A program made the translations under genes and the position numbers. This document shows, piece by piece, positions 38,530 to 50,613 of a stretch of DNA of 64,000 nt (positions within the stretch are counted from its first letter, which is position 1; each line of letters begins with the position of its first letter). The notes under the pieces are model-generated. The model was not told where the DNA came from. It did no database searches and worked only from the letters and a program-made list of their open reading frames with translations. This stretch comes from Felis catus. Lineage: Eukaryota. The stretch covers positions 14,632,001 to 14,696,000 of the forward strand of contig NC_058372.1 of the NCBI RefSeq assembly GCF_018350175.1, written 5' to 3'.

Positions 38530-38726
38530 CTAAAGAACCAAGCACATACACAAAAACAGTCAAACACCATGTCTCAGGCACTGAAGCAGGAAGGTGATCA
38601 CTTTGAGGAAGGCCTTATCTTCGCGTTATTATAGAGAAACTGAGGCTCAAGAAAGTTAAGTAACTTGCCCGCAAAGCGGCCAACATGACACGTGAACTCA
38701 GGTCTGTGGGCAGAAATGGCAGCGTA

Positions 38727-38923
38727 GAGGCACCTGGGTGGCTCAGTCCGTTGAGCGGCGACCTTCGGCTCAGGTCACGGTCGCGCAGTTCACGGGTTCC
38801 ACCCCAAGCGGGGCTCTCTGCTGTCGGCACGGAGGCTGCTTCAGATCCTCTGTCCCCTTCTCTCGGCACCCTCTTCAAAAAAATAAATAAATAAACCTAA
38901 AATAAAATTAAAAAAAAAAAAAA
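38727..38923 (+). mobile_element. CanSINE, diverged
   Basis: TSD agaaatgRcagYgYa. Confidence 0.88.
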
Positions 38924-38929
38924 AGAAAT

Positions 38930-39180
38930 GACAGTGCAAATTCATGGTTAACAGCTTGGTTTCTGAAATCAAGCGACCTGGGTTCCAGTCTGAACTCGGC
39001 CACCTAACTGTGTGACATTGAGCAAATCAAGAAACTTCGCTAAAGCTCCCTTTCGTTATCTGTAAAGGGACGTAATAACAGAAGTGTCTCCGTAGGGTTT
39101 TGCAATAATGAGAAAACGAATGTAAAGGACTTTCTATAATGCCCCGAGGTTTCAGTAATTGTTAGCTGTCACTATTAGCA
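38930..39180 (+). mobile_element. MIR
   Basis: acctgggttcc...tgtgtgacattgagcaa...atctgtaaa. Confidence 0.65.
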
Positions 39181-39244
39181 CGCGCTAGATTTGCAGTATT
39201 CCACCCCATCGCACCATGGCCACAAAAACATTCTGCCTTTTGTT

Positions 39245-39940
39245 CTTAGGCTCTAGCTATTCTGCATTTACTGGCAAGTAACAAAAGCCCAACAAGGAGC
39301 TGCTTAAACCATAGGGATTTTTATTGTTTGCTTAACGAGAAGCCTGAAACCAGATGGTCCTGAGGTAGACTGGGTGGTGTGGTGTCACCATCAAGAAATC
39401 AGGCTCATCCATTATTTCTCATGGTTACAACATGGCTGCCACAGCTCCAGACATCACATCTTCGCGCGATGGAACAAAAGGGAAGAAAACGACAAAAGAC
39501 CTCCCTGTTCATGTTCCTCTCTCTTATCAGGAATGAAAATCTTTTTTCAGATGCTTCCAACACACTGCACATGTCCTTGCTCAAAAGTGGTTGCAATATG
39601 TCTGTCCCTAATCCTGGCAAAGGAGAATTGGGTTGCCACAGTTGCCTGCAAATTTTTTTCTGTAAAAGGCCAGACAGTAAATAATCCAGTCTTTGCAAGC
39701 CATACAGTCTGCCACGACCACTCAACTCTGCTGTCGTAGCATGAAAGTGACCACAGACAAGAGGTAAATAACCGAGTGTCTCTGTTCCAATAAAACTTTA
39801 TTTACTACAAGAGTTGGCAGCTGGATTTGGCCAATCCCTGCCTTAGACCAATCACGGTTCATCACTGGCACTGAGTACACGGCTGCCCAGATTCAACTTG
39901 GTTCCGTTACCAAGAAAGAAAGGGGAATGGCTAGTGAGCA
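39245..39940 (-). mobile_element. MLT1K-like LTR interrupted by MER58A
   Basis: gcaagtaacaaaagcccaac...catggctgccacagctccagacatcacatc...ttagaccaatcac. Confidence 0.6.
39639..39840. mobile_element. MER58A-like hAT-Charlie element
   Basis: tctgtaaaaggccagacagtaaata...actcaactctgc...gttccaataaaactttattta...ccctg. Confidence 0.8.
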
Positions 39941-40096
39941 GGGAATCCTCCGGAGGCGGGGCCCCACAATCGTCCCTGGGAAGAGGAGCGGTTTGATGTC
40001 GTGAGGAGCAGATCTGGAAGCGTCAGGAACCTAGGAACTACATTTATGTAGAGCTGCGAGAGGGACACGCTGTCCAGGGGCTCCCTTGCATCTACA

Positions 40097-40327
40097 CTAG
40101 TGTTTCCACTGCTTTGCACGAGCTGTGGGATGATTCCTCAGAGGTAGCTTTGTGCCCCAAAGGACCACACCAAGGGAGACGGCCCCAGCCCCCTCCTCCA
40201 AACTTTAGCCAGAGACCTCTTACCTTTATCTGTTCTATATACTGTGTTTCTGCTTGGGGGGGACTTTAGAGTGGGGAACAGGGGGAAATCTCTAATGACC
40301 AAAAAAAAAAAAAATTAACAGCCACTG
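40097..40327. mobile_element. MER102-like hAT-Charlie element
   Basis: tttatctgttctatatactg...aaaaaattaacagccactg terminus. Confidence 0.5.
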
Positions 40328-40738
40328 ACCTAGAAAGTAAAGATCTCATCTGCCCATAAAACATCCCTTTCTAATTATATCCCCCGTGATTCCACTAAAT
40401 ACACTCCACCCCATGAGACGCTCTATGCAAGCAGGACAAGTATTTCGCACGTTTTCAGCCACTGTGCCTCTTCTTCACCCTGGCTCCCAGCTCGTCTGCA
40501 CGGCCTGGACTCCCCTCTTACCCCCACTCAACTAGAAACTGACACGCTTCTTTTGCACTTACTCTGTGCCTGTCACCAAGTGACGTACTTGCTGTGAAAG
40601 GGTAGGTACCTATAAAGACCTAAAATATAACCTCTTTCCTCAGGTTTTATGATCCAGTCGTAGAGAAAACATGCAAATGGAATGAGTATAAAGTGATGAG
40701 CATGATTTAAAAATATACGTATATATATTTAAAAGGAT

Positions 40739-40960
40739 GGGGCGCCTGGGTGGCGCAGTCAGTTAAGCGTCCGACTTCAGCCAGGTCACGATCTCGCGGT
40801 CCGTGAGTTCGAGCCCCGCGTCAGGCTCTGGGCTGATGGCTCAGAGCCTGGAGCCTGTTTCCGATTCTGTGTCTCCCTCTCTCTCTGCCCCTCCCCCGTT
40901 CATGCTCTGTCTCTCTCTGTCCCAAAAATAAACGTTGAAAAAAAAAATTAAAAAAAAAAA
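40739..40960 (+). mobile_element. CanSINE, young-looking SINEC_Fc variant
   Basis: Same diagnostic positions as the copy at 17500. Confidence 0.96.
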
Positions 40961-41459
40961 AAAGGAATGTATGTTTCCAAATGGATACATTTGCTGCCTG
41001 TATCGCGTTGGAATACATGCTTTCCAGTAGGGCTGCCATGACTCACCTTCTGGGAGAATTTTCCTTCGGGGAACTGCATTTCGATCCAGCTTTTAAACCA
41101 CAGAAGAAAACCAGCCTCATTCAGCGAGTATATCCTGTTTCCTTTTACAAAAAAAATAGTCTCTCTCAGCTTGATCACTGGCTTTTACACCGGACTCCAG
41201 ATGACTTCGGGATGGTTACAACCATCATACCCACCTTCAGAAGGAGCACTTGCCAGCTCCTGGTATTTAACAGGCACGCCATGGGTTCTGACGGCAATCC
41301 CTCAGAAGACGCGCCCACTGTTCAGGGCGATGGCCACTCCGCAGCCATGGCCGCACCCCTGAAAACAGGCCAGAGCAGGAAAGGCTCCTTCAGCTGGCAC
41401 GGAGGGTTCTAGACGGGAACAGAGTTGGGCCCCGGAGTCGGGAAAGGTCCGAGATGGGA

Positions 41460-41670
41460 AAGCACTTAGACTCTGAAGTCTACTTTGGCCATTGGCTAGC
41501 TGTGGACCTTGCGCTATTTACTTATCCTCCCTGGGCCTCAGCCTCCTTATCAGTGAAATGGGAATAATAAGACCATTTATCCCTCAAGGCTCTCGTAAGG
41601 ATGAAATGACTTAATACCTAGAAAACACTAAATACGACGTAAATGTTCGTTGGTGTCCGCGTTATTACTG
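41460..41670 (+). mobile_element. MIR
   Basis: ctgggcctcagcctccttatcagtgaaatgggaataataa...aaggatgaaatga. Confidence 0.65.
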
Positions 41671-43399
41671 CCCACGACCGAGTGAAATCTCAACCAGCTT
41701 ACCTGGCCAACCTTGGGCATTCACGAATCGCCTCGTTTTTTTAAGGGTTAAACAGCTCAGTCCCACCAAGAGCAAAAACTCGACCATCGCACTGAAATTA
41801 GTGCTTCTCTCCTCCAACTGGATGGAGGCTGGCTTGGGTTTGGGAACGTGTGGTTAGGAGGGAAACACGATCGTTGCCTGTTCCTTCTCGGATCCTCTAC
41901 CTTCTCCAATCGCTGGCTGGTGGATCAGGTCTCCCGGGGCCCAAGGAACAAAGCTCTTCAAGGAGACCTCAACTGTGAGCAGGGGCCGGGGGCGGGTGTG
42001 CAAATGCCGGTTCTCTCTCTTCCCGGGGCTCTGCGGTGGGTTGTCCCCCATTGTTGGAGGCTTCCTTCCACCGATGGCCTCTGCCAGCTGCCCCCACAGG
42101 TCCTGCTTGGTGCTGTTCGCCTTGCCCCCACCCCCACCTGGGGAAGTAGGTCCTTTTCAACAGGAAGACTCATTAGCGCGTGTTTGCCTTGGCAGCTCTT
42201 GGAGGCAGACGCTGTTCCAAATGCCTGTTCTCACCAAACGGCGCTCTCTCCTCTGACGTCGTATCGGTCCCTGTGCCCCGCAACCCCCCCCCAAACTCCA
42301 GAAGACATCTGTAATGCCCCCCAGGTAGTTCTCCGAGGCCCTCCTCATTCATCTGAACGTAGGTAGAAAACACAACAGGTGCACACCTTTCTTAAACACT
42401 TGTTCACTGCTGGCTTCTCCTGGGTCCTCGGCCTCCTGTTCCCCCAGCAATCCCATAGAGTGGCCCAAGCCTCGCCGGAGGACGTGAGCGGCATCACTGG
42501 GCACATCCTGCCGTGTGTCTGAGTCTCGGCAGAAGCTCCGGGACGTGTGAACAGAGTCCCCCTCAGCGTCCTGTCACCAGTGGCTCAACGCTAGGTTGAC
42601 GCATGCTGGCTGCATGGTGGGAAACTACCCAGAGGGCATCTTGGCTTGCCCAACAGGAAGGGCTTGACTGCCAGGGAATGGAATTTGGGCTCCACGGCAC
42701 AGACGGTGAAAAACGAAGGCGTGTTTCTCTTCCTTTCTCTGTCTACAGGTGACTTCAGCCCCAGGGACTGCTGTCTTGCCCTTCCGTTCTCAGACCTGCC
42801 TCTTTCCCAGGCTCTACGGACCCAGAGAGCCCTCAGAACCCCTCGTTTAAAGTGAAAAAGGAGAGGGGCAAACATGTGCCCCTCTGGGGGGTGGAGGGGG
42901 TGGGTGGGGTGGCTGTTTAGACTGCAGTGGGGGACGTAAGCCCAGCCACAGCCCGAGGACAGGAGGGAAGGAAGAACAAAATTTCCAGGGAGCACAGACA
43001 AAAGTCGACCCTCGCTCGCACACTAAATGAGGACGCCTGGTGCCTGCGGCGGGGTCAAACGAGGTCGCAGGAGCTTATCTCTCCGTGTAGAGCGAATTAA
43101 GGGCATCCGGGGACAGCTGCAGAGCGGGAGGCTCCCCGTGTCGCCCTCTTCCAAAGCAGGTCAGGATCCCTGGACTGCGCGCGGGCAAGCACCCTCCGAA
43201 ATGCTGGTGTTGTAGGTCTTTCGCCCACGGAAAGGGAGGCTGCAGATTGCTCCTCGGGTGGGGGAGGCTCTCAAGAAGAGGAACAAAGAATAATTGTCGG
43301 GGGCTCTGTATGTCTCCGCAAGAATCAATTCTCAGCGTTAAGGGCCCTACAGCAGAAAAACGAAACACTCCCGAGAACATCAGCAGCCCTGCTGCAATT

Positions 43400-44160
43400 A
43401 CAGGCCCCAGATCGCGGTTCCCAGAGTTGGGGACAAAGAAGACGGGCCTCGCAGATCAGGTCCCCCCCCCCACCCCCAGGCCACCCGAAACCGGAGGGCT
43501 GCAGACCAGCCGGCCCCGGGAGAGCCCCAGGAAAGCCGGTGCGTTTGCATTCATGAAAACTTTTGCGGGAGGGCTGCACGGGCACCGACGGTTCGCGCGG
43601 ACGCGGCCAGGGCAGAAGCAGCGCGGCACTGCCACCTTGTGGGCGCCGCCGGCCGCTCGGGCGCCGCGCTGAGGGCGCAGTCCGCGGGCCGGGCGGCCGA
43701 GCGCAGGCTGCCCCGCGCGGCCCGCGCGGCCCGCAGGAACGCGCGGCCGAGCGGGAGCCCGCGGGGGGCGGGGCTCGGGGGCGGGGCGCGCCGGCGCCGG
43801 TCACGTGGGTTAGCAACAGGCAGCAGCCAATGGGAGCGCGAGGCAGGCCCGTGCGTGCGCTCGCCGCCCGCCGGAGAGGCCGGGCGGTGAGGGGCCGCGT
43901 CCCGGCGTCCGTGGCCGCGCGGGTCGGCCAAGGCCCCGCGCTTGGGTGCGCCTCTTGGGCCGGGAGCCTCCGGCCGCGGAGGGGGCGAGCAAGAGATTAA
44001 AAATAGCGGAGTGCTTTGAAATAGGACTTTCCCAGTGGCACGCTCCAAAGCGGTGACCCCGGGGGACAGTGGGCGGCGGCGGGGTGGGCTGCAGAGGGAC
44101 AGCAGGCGGGGACCCTATCCTGGGCCCGGGTCCGGTGCCCCCTCTCCCCGTCCCCGCCCT
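43400..44160. promoter_or_regulatory. CpG-island promoter of an unidentified gene
   Basis: Very GC/CpG-dense and repeat-free. GC boxes ggggcgggg at ~43755-43786, E-box GGTCACGTGG (CACGTG 43802-43807), RFX half-site TAGCAAC 43811-43817, CCAAT 43827-43831, MEF2 site TTAAAAATAG 43997-44006. Confidence 0.85.
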
Positions 44161-46159
44161 GCACCAGCCACTTGTTGCCGTGCCAAAGCCTGGGGACTGA
44201 AACTGCCACTTGGATCCACATAAGAGGATTAAAACAAAAAGAGTAATGAAGTTCCTGGCAGTGGCCTGTCCGTGTTGGCAGCGTCGCCCTGCCTGCAGCA
44301 GGTAGAGAAAACAGGCACCATCCGTGGCTCTTCGCAGGCCCCAAGTCTTAGCCCCGAGACGCCAAGGCAGAGCAAAGGCAGGAATTGGGTCAAAGGAAAA
44401 AAGGCAGCTTAGTGGTTGGTTTTAATTACTGTAAATGGAAAAACCACATCCAAAAGTGCATCTAATGACTTTTACGGTAATCCCACCATGTTGACATGAA
44501 CCAGCCCACCCCTGCGCGCAGAGAAGACCACAACACAAAGTGCCAGAGGTCCATCCCAGGACGCGGACAAAGGCAGGACCATCAGAGGCAGACGTGGTTT
44601 CCAGCAGTGGCTCAGACTTCGGGGTTCGTGGTCAGGCCCACGTTTCATCCCGCTAATAGCGCATCGTTCTCTTTTTCTTTCTCGTTCATTGCCTTATAAT
44701 GTTCTCCTGGAAGCTCTCTTACTCCTTTTTGTTGTTTGGGAGTTCATGTTTTCCTCTGAAACGAATCCAAGGACCATATGGCCTTAGAAGGGCACCTCAT
44801 CCATTGCCCTGCCTCAAGGCGCTTTGAAAGACCAAAAACTGTAATACTGTCGTGTTATTATAAAGATAAAATATCGCAAAACCTACAGGATCTAGCCATC
44901 CTGTTCTTAAAATTCCCTAGGGAAAGATGCTGTGCAGTACTCTTTGATAACCTACTACAAATGCTAACCACTTTGGGTAAGATATAATAAGAACCTTCTG
45001 ATTCCAAGTTTTATGTGTTTCTATTTAAGCTCATTCAGGGTCAGGCTACCCCAGAGGGCAATTGAACATCTGCCCAGCAGCTTATGGACAGGATGCACTT
45101 CCCTCTGTCAGGAACAGAGATCAGTGGTGCCAGCTGCCACTGGGAACCTTGCCTGGTGCCCAAACACCCTGGGGATTTGCCAGGGCAGCGTCGAGAAGGT
45201 GATCCGCTCCGAGTCATATTTTCTTCTTTTATTGCACCCTTGCCAGCCGAGTTCATTGATTCACTCAATAAACAGGCCTTGCGCACTTGGTGTGGAAATG
45301 AATCGGCTGTACTTGATGGTCCCGTTTATGCAAATCTGATCCAGTAATTGATTCGGAAGCGTATCATACTCGAGTGCTTGACCAGGAAAGGGTTCTGAAG
45401 ACGGTATGAGAACGCAACAAATATCTGTGCAGCTCCGAGAGCCGGGCCTTTCTTTGTTTAGGTTCTGGGCACATCAACATTGCAGCAGGGAACTTGCACG
45501 ATGCAACGGACTCATGAAGACAGGAAATGAGACGGGGCCACATGTTTCCATGGTCCGAGAGTATGTCTCCCACCCCACACCAGTTGACTGTTGCTTCTCT
45601 TATTCTGCTCCCTCGACCTCCTGCCTTTCGGTCGTTGGTTCTTTTGGGGACTCCTTTGATCATGGAGCAGTTCAGGTCACCCACATGTTTAATATTATTA
45701 AATAACGTGACGTGATGGGAAAAGTCACGGGCTGGGACTAAAACACCGTATGGTTCTAGCCCCGGCTTTGCTACCCGATGAAATTCGTCGCTTTCGACAA
45801 ATCTCTCAGGAACTGAATCTCGGTTCCCTCCTCCCCAGTATAAGGTTGATTCGCGCTCTGCAGCAACCACGGCGGGAAAGATCCAAGGCCTCAGTTTTCT
45901 CATCTGTAAAGTAAGGGGTTTGACCTAGATTTAATGTTTGCAAACTGTCTTTAGAAGTGGAGTCCCTCTTTACAATACAATCTAACATGAAATCCCCACG
46001 TTTGGTAAAACAGGTGAAGATAGGCTTGCCCTTGCGCCCCTGGGTCGCGCGTATTTCTTCCTGTATCCCACAGAAGGCCCTCGAGGCACGGCGGGTTCCA
46101 CCGGACACGGTGTGAAACTCACCGTGCTAGATGATTACTCCAAAGTACCCCCCAGTTCT

Positions 46160-46374
46160 GGGGCGCCTGGGTGGCGCAGTCGGTTAAGCATCTGACTCTT
46201 GATGTGGCGCAGGTCATGATCTCACCGTTTGTAAATTCGAGCCCCACATCGGGCTGTGCGCTGAGGACAAGGAGCCTCCATGGGATTCTGTCTCTCCTCC
46301 TCTGCTCCTCGCCCCGCTTGTGTTCTTTCTCTCTCTCTCTCAAAGTAAATAAACTTACAATAAAAAAAATAATA
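46160..46374 (+). mobile_element. CanSINE, older (outer element of a nested pair)
   Basis: Outer TSD aaagtaccYYccagttct at 46142-46159 and 46616-46633. Confidence 0.92.
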
Positions 46375-46596
46375 GGGGCGCCTGGGTGGCGCAGTCGGTT
46401 AAGCGTCCGACTTCAGCCAGGTCACGATCTCGCGGTCCGTGAGTTCGAACCCTGCGTCAGGCTCTGGGCTGATGGCTCGGAGCCTGGAGCCTGTTTCCGA
46501 TTCTGTGTCTCCCTCTCTCTCTGCCCCTCGCCCGTTCATGCTCTGTCTCTCTCTGTCCCAAAAATAAATAAAAACGTTGAGAAAAAAAAATAATTT
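46375..46596 (+). mobile_element. CanSINE, young-looking variant inserted in the tail of the previous SINE
   Basis: Inner TSD aaaaaaataata. Confidence 0.95.
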
Positions 46597-48529
46597 AAAA
46601 AAATAATAGACAAATAAAGTACCTTCCAGTTCTAAAACACTGTAAATCAAAATATTACAACCAAAATGCTCTCTGAGTGTTTCTAGGAGGCGATTTAGCC
46701 CCTATCTTCTGCCTCCGTTTATTAATATGTTGTAGGAGACAGACACCAGCTTCACAAAATCAAACTGTGTGTCATCCCTCTCTCCCTATCTGTGAAGCCA
46801 GTCTTTCTGTCCCAAAGCAACATTATATTTTGATGGGACACAGTAATGCGTTCTGAGAAAAACACCAGATGGGGCCGGGGCTTGAGAAGACCTAAATTCT
46901 AACCCTAGCCCTGCCTTTAACTAGCTTTACAACCTTGATCAAATCAAGGAAACTTACTAACCTACCGAGAGCTGTAAAATTATGAGGCTGAGCGACTTAG
47001 TAATCACGGGATTGTACAGGATCAACTTCTGGACCCCGTACCTCCATGAGTTGCTTTAAACTAAATAACTCAAATTCCAAGCTGCCCACATGCCGAGTCA
47101 TACCATCACACGCTCTTCAATATACATACACTCATCCCATTTAGAGAAGAAGGGACGAGGGGACGAAGGGACGAGGGGACGAAGGCAAATTAGGTTGTCA
47201 ATGACACCACCAGGACGTCAAGCTGGAAATACCAACTGAACCATTGTTGTGTTTGCACAGGTGGTCGGAGCCCATGGCACGCCTTGAGGTTAACTCACCA
47301 AGCAGGAGCCACATCTCCATTAATAAGAGTTCCTCCAGGCATTAAATGCAGTGTGGCATTTGTGAGGGCAGACCAGAAAATCCCAGAGTTTGGGGAACGT
47401 TTAAAGGAAACTGTCTGGGTTAAGGACCCAGGACCTGGGATTGGACCCAAAGGAATGACCCCACCAGGGACAAACAGCATGATTCATTGCCTCCAACCAC
47501 GCACGTCCTGGGAAAAGGCAACAGGGCCCTGCCGGGGAAGCCAGGGGACTTTAGGGGTAGACACAGAAAACAGCTCTGGTCATGGCTGTGACTTGGTCGT
47601 AAGTTAACTTTATGGGTCACCGAGTGTCTGGAAACAGACTCTAAAAAGAAGAAAGGGTGGCCCAAGCAGCTTTGTGTTGGAAATGGCTGTGACCAGTTGC
47701 TTCTGGAAGGGAGATGTATTGACTGTAATAAAACTTGATGGGCCCAGCACTTGTCTGTTAAGGGTGGAATCGGAAGTAAACTTTGGGCTGAGTAACTGGC
47801 AAGAAGCTGTGCTTTAGAGCAGGAGCAGAGGGGGTGCTATTCCGAGCCGTAAACAATATGGCACCCAACAAGTGCACACGGTCTGGCTTCTTTGTGACCT
47901 TTAACCCCATGACCCTATCTGTCGGCAGAGCTTGTAGGTTAATCTCACAAACAAGTTGGTACAGTTTGACTTTCACTACACTGGCTTACGAAAATTTTTG
48001 CCTAATCTTGTTTTTCTTGGAACAGCAAAATATTTAGGGTAAAAATAAATAAAAATGTCGGGCTTTAAGTCTTGGTATCCTTAACTGTGTCCGTTTGGGG
48101 AGAAACAATCGGTCGTATTTAATGCTAACTTTTATCCAACCATCAACCGTCAGCAATTCTTTATTGAGCACATACTCGCGTATAGTCTGATGTTATAAAG
48201 CCTGCCATCCAAAGCTGTAGGCAGCAAATAAAAGAAGATTATGCCAGAAATATTTCAAAACATGCATTCTCTTCTCATTTGATTTTTTTTTTTTCAAGAT
48301 TTGGGGAAGGCACATTGCAGCATTGACTCAAAGTACAATGGAAAAAAGCATTGAACTGAGTTTCAAGAAGCCAAAGAGGGATTCTCGACTATCGTTATCC
48401 ACAGCTGTGTGGCCATCAGAACATAAGAGGCACGTCTTTGTTTATCCAAAAAATATGGAAGGCTGAATTGGGTCATATTTTATATCACAACACCTTAACT
48501 ATCACAGTAGTTCATGTTTACTGAGGCAC

Positions 48530-48680
48530 TTTTCATTCTTTTTCACTTATTCTTTGTAACCACCCTACGACGTATGTATTATTATTTCCCCCGTTTTTCA
48601 GATGAGGAAACCGGGCTCAGAGAGGTTTCGGAATCTGCCCAAGGGCACACAGTACTGACAAATCTGGCATTTGAATCTAG
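48530..48680 (-). mobile_element. MIR
   Basis: attatttcccccgtttttcagatgaggaaaccgggctcagagagg...gcccaagggcacacag. Confidence 0.7.
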
Positions 48681-49458
48681 TTTCCCCCCCCCCCGCCCCG
48701 CTGCTGAGTGGCCCGTAACACCTTCACATCACCGAACTGCCTTAGAGTTTATCCAGAAAGGAGAGAAACCTAGTGTTTTCACTTTTACCAGACTCTCGCC
48801 CAACTTCCCCGGAGCTGCCGAGAGAGATCGCCCTTAACATCGGTTACTGCTCTCCGATCTCATCGCCCAGAAGTGGTCATGACGCACAAGAGAGGGCAGA
48901 AACATCTGCCTGGGGGAGAGGGAGGCACTTCAGGAGACGGCATGCCCGCCCCCGTGAGGACTGGGAAGGACACTAGACTTTTGGTCAGTGACCATACCTG
49001 AGCACTCAGAATCCAGAAGGCAACCGCTGCCCGGAAAAGACCTGGCTGGAGGGACATGGGTGCCTGACCGAGACCTTCCTGTCACTTCCCCTCACACACC
49101 CTTTAGACGAAGCCTGGCTTCCCGATCTCCTGGGAAGTGTGCAATCAACACGACGCCCAATGACCAAACACTGAGAGTCCGTGAAATGGCACGACCCTAA
49201 CGACGCACGTGGAATCTTCATGGGGGAGTGTTTTGGTTTGCATGCCGTTTAACATAAAAAACAGCAATTTGTATAGGGAGGGGCAATGCTAATCTAGAGA
49301 TGGGTTGCACACGGTCCCTACTCTTGAAAAGCTGCATGTCCCCTGGGGTCCACCAAGGCTACCATCCCTTATGACCTCTTGGGTTAATCCAGGTATCCCC
49401 CGACCAGAAAAAAAGTACGTGGGACATAAGTATAATTTTTTTAAGTACACAAATTATT

Positions 49459-49669
49459 TTTTTTTCCAACGTTTATTTATTTTTGGGACAGAGAGAGCCA
49501 GAGCATGAACGGGCGAGGGGCAGAGAGAGAGGGAGACACAGAATCGGAAACAGGCTCCAGGCTCCGAGCCGTCAGCCCAGAGCCCGACGCGGGGCTCGAA
49601 CTCACGGACCGCGAGATCGTGACCTGGCTGAAGTCGGACGCTTAACCGACTGCGCCACCCAGGCGCCCC
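49459..49669 (-). mobile_element. CanSINE, young-looking SINEC_Fc variant
   Basis: TSD acacaaattatt. Confidence 0.96.
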
Positions 49670-50613
49670 GACACAAATTATTAACACGTACTGAAGGATT
49701 AAACAGAAAATAACCAGTTGCGGAATGTCAACCTCAAGAGCCTGCACATTTTGTCTGGAAATAGTGGGGCTGCTGGAAACAATTACAAAGGGATCGCATC
49801 CGTTATCGAGAAAGAGGAAGCGGTTACGCATATTCTCAAGAATAACAGAGGAAGAGTTAATTCTCCATTACTTGTTTATATTGGATTAATCCTGAATCTG
49901 TGTCGGGGATATAAATTATACTTCCTCCAATAAATTCAATTTTGCAGATAATGAGGTACTTCCTTCCCTGTCTGTTTTTAGCCGCTTAAAAGCTGCCCCA
50001 CATGTTGCTGACCACATCTATATTATGTGAACCCCCTCTCAGCTCCCTGGAGGTAATACTTCCCATTTGGGGAATCCCTCTTGGGGAATGAGTGAATCAT
50101 CCAGTGGAAAGAACTCTGACTTAGACACCAGGAGGCTGAGCATTGACTCTCGCTCTGGCCCTAACTGGATGTGAACCTACAGACAAATCGCTCTGCGTAA
50201 AGTAAGGAAGCCTTCTTAGATAATATCTTTCTAAGATCCCTTCCAGCTCTAAAAGTCTGTCTTTGTCCAACCCTCAAGAACAAAAGCAGGGATGCCCTCC
50301 TGCATGAGAACCACTGATCTCCAGGGAGGGATCAGAAAGGGGACGCCGGGGACTGGACGCTGAGCCAGGGGCCCTGGAAGGAAGTACATAAAGAAGAGAC
50401 GAGGATAAAGGCTGCTGCCCAATTCCCAGGAAATTCCTTGGGAACATTCCAGGAAGAAGGAGAAGGTCCTGGTTTCATCCCATAGCACGTACTGAAGATT
50501 GATGTAGCGGGATTCTTTGGGGTGCGACATCGAGTAGACCATTTATTGCCTACTCATTAGACCAGGAACATTTCCATCAAGAGAAAAGATCGTTTTTTTA
50601 AAAATGCAGGAAT

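Noticed and set aside
42720-42940. Isolated strong plus-strand acceptors (42748; also 31626, 31685, 47260, 54775) as exons
   Set aside because: No coherent reading frame or exon chain; such sites are expected by chance in 64 kb.
43247-44048. Overlapping 140-165 aa ORFs in the CpG island
   Set aside because: Stop-poor GC-rich sequence, mostly non-ATG starts, low-complexity Arg/Pro/Ala/Gly composition, no recognisable domain.
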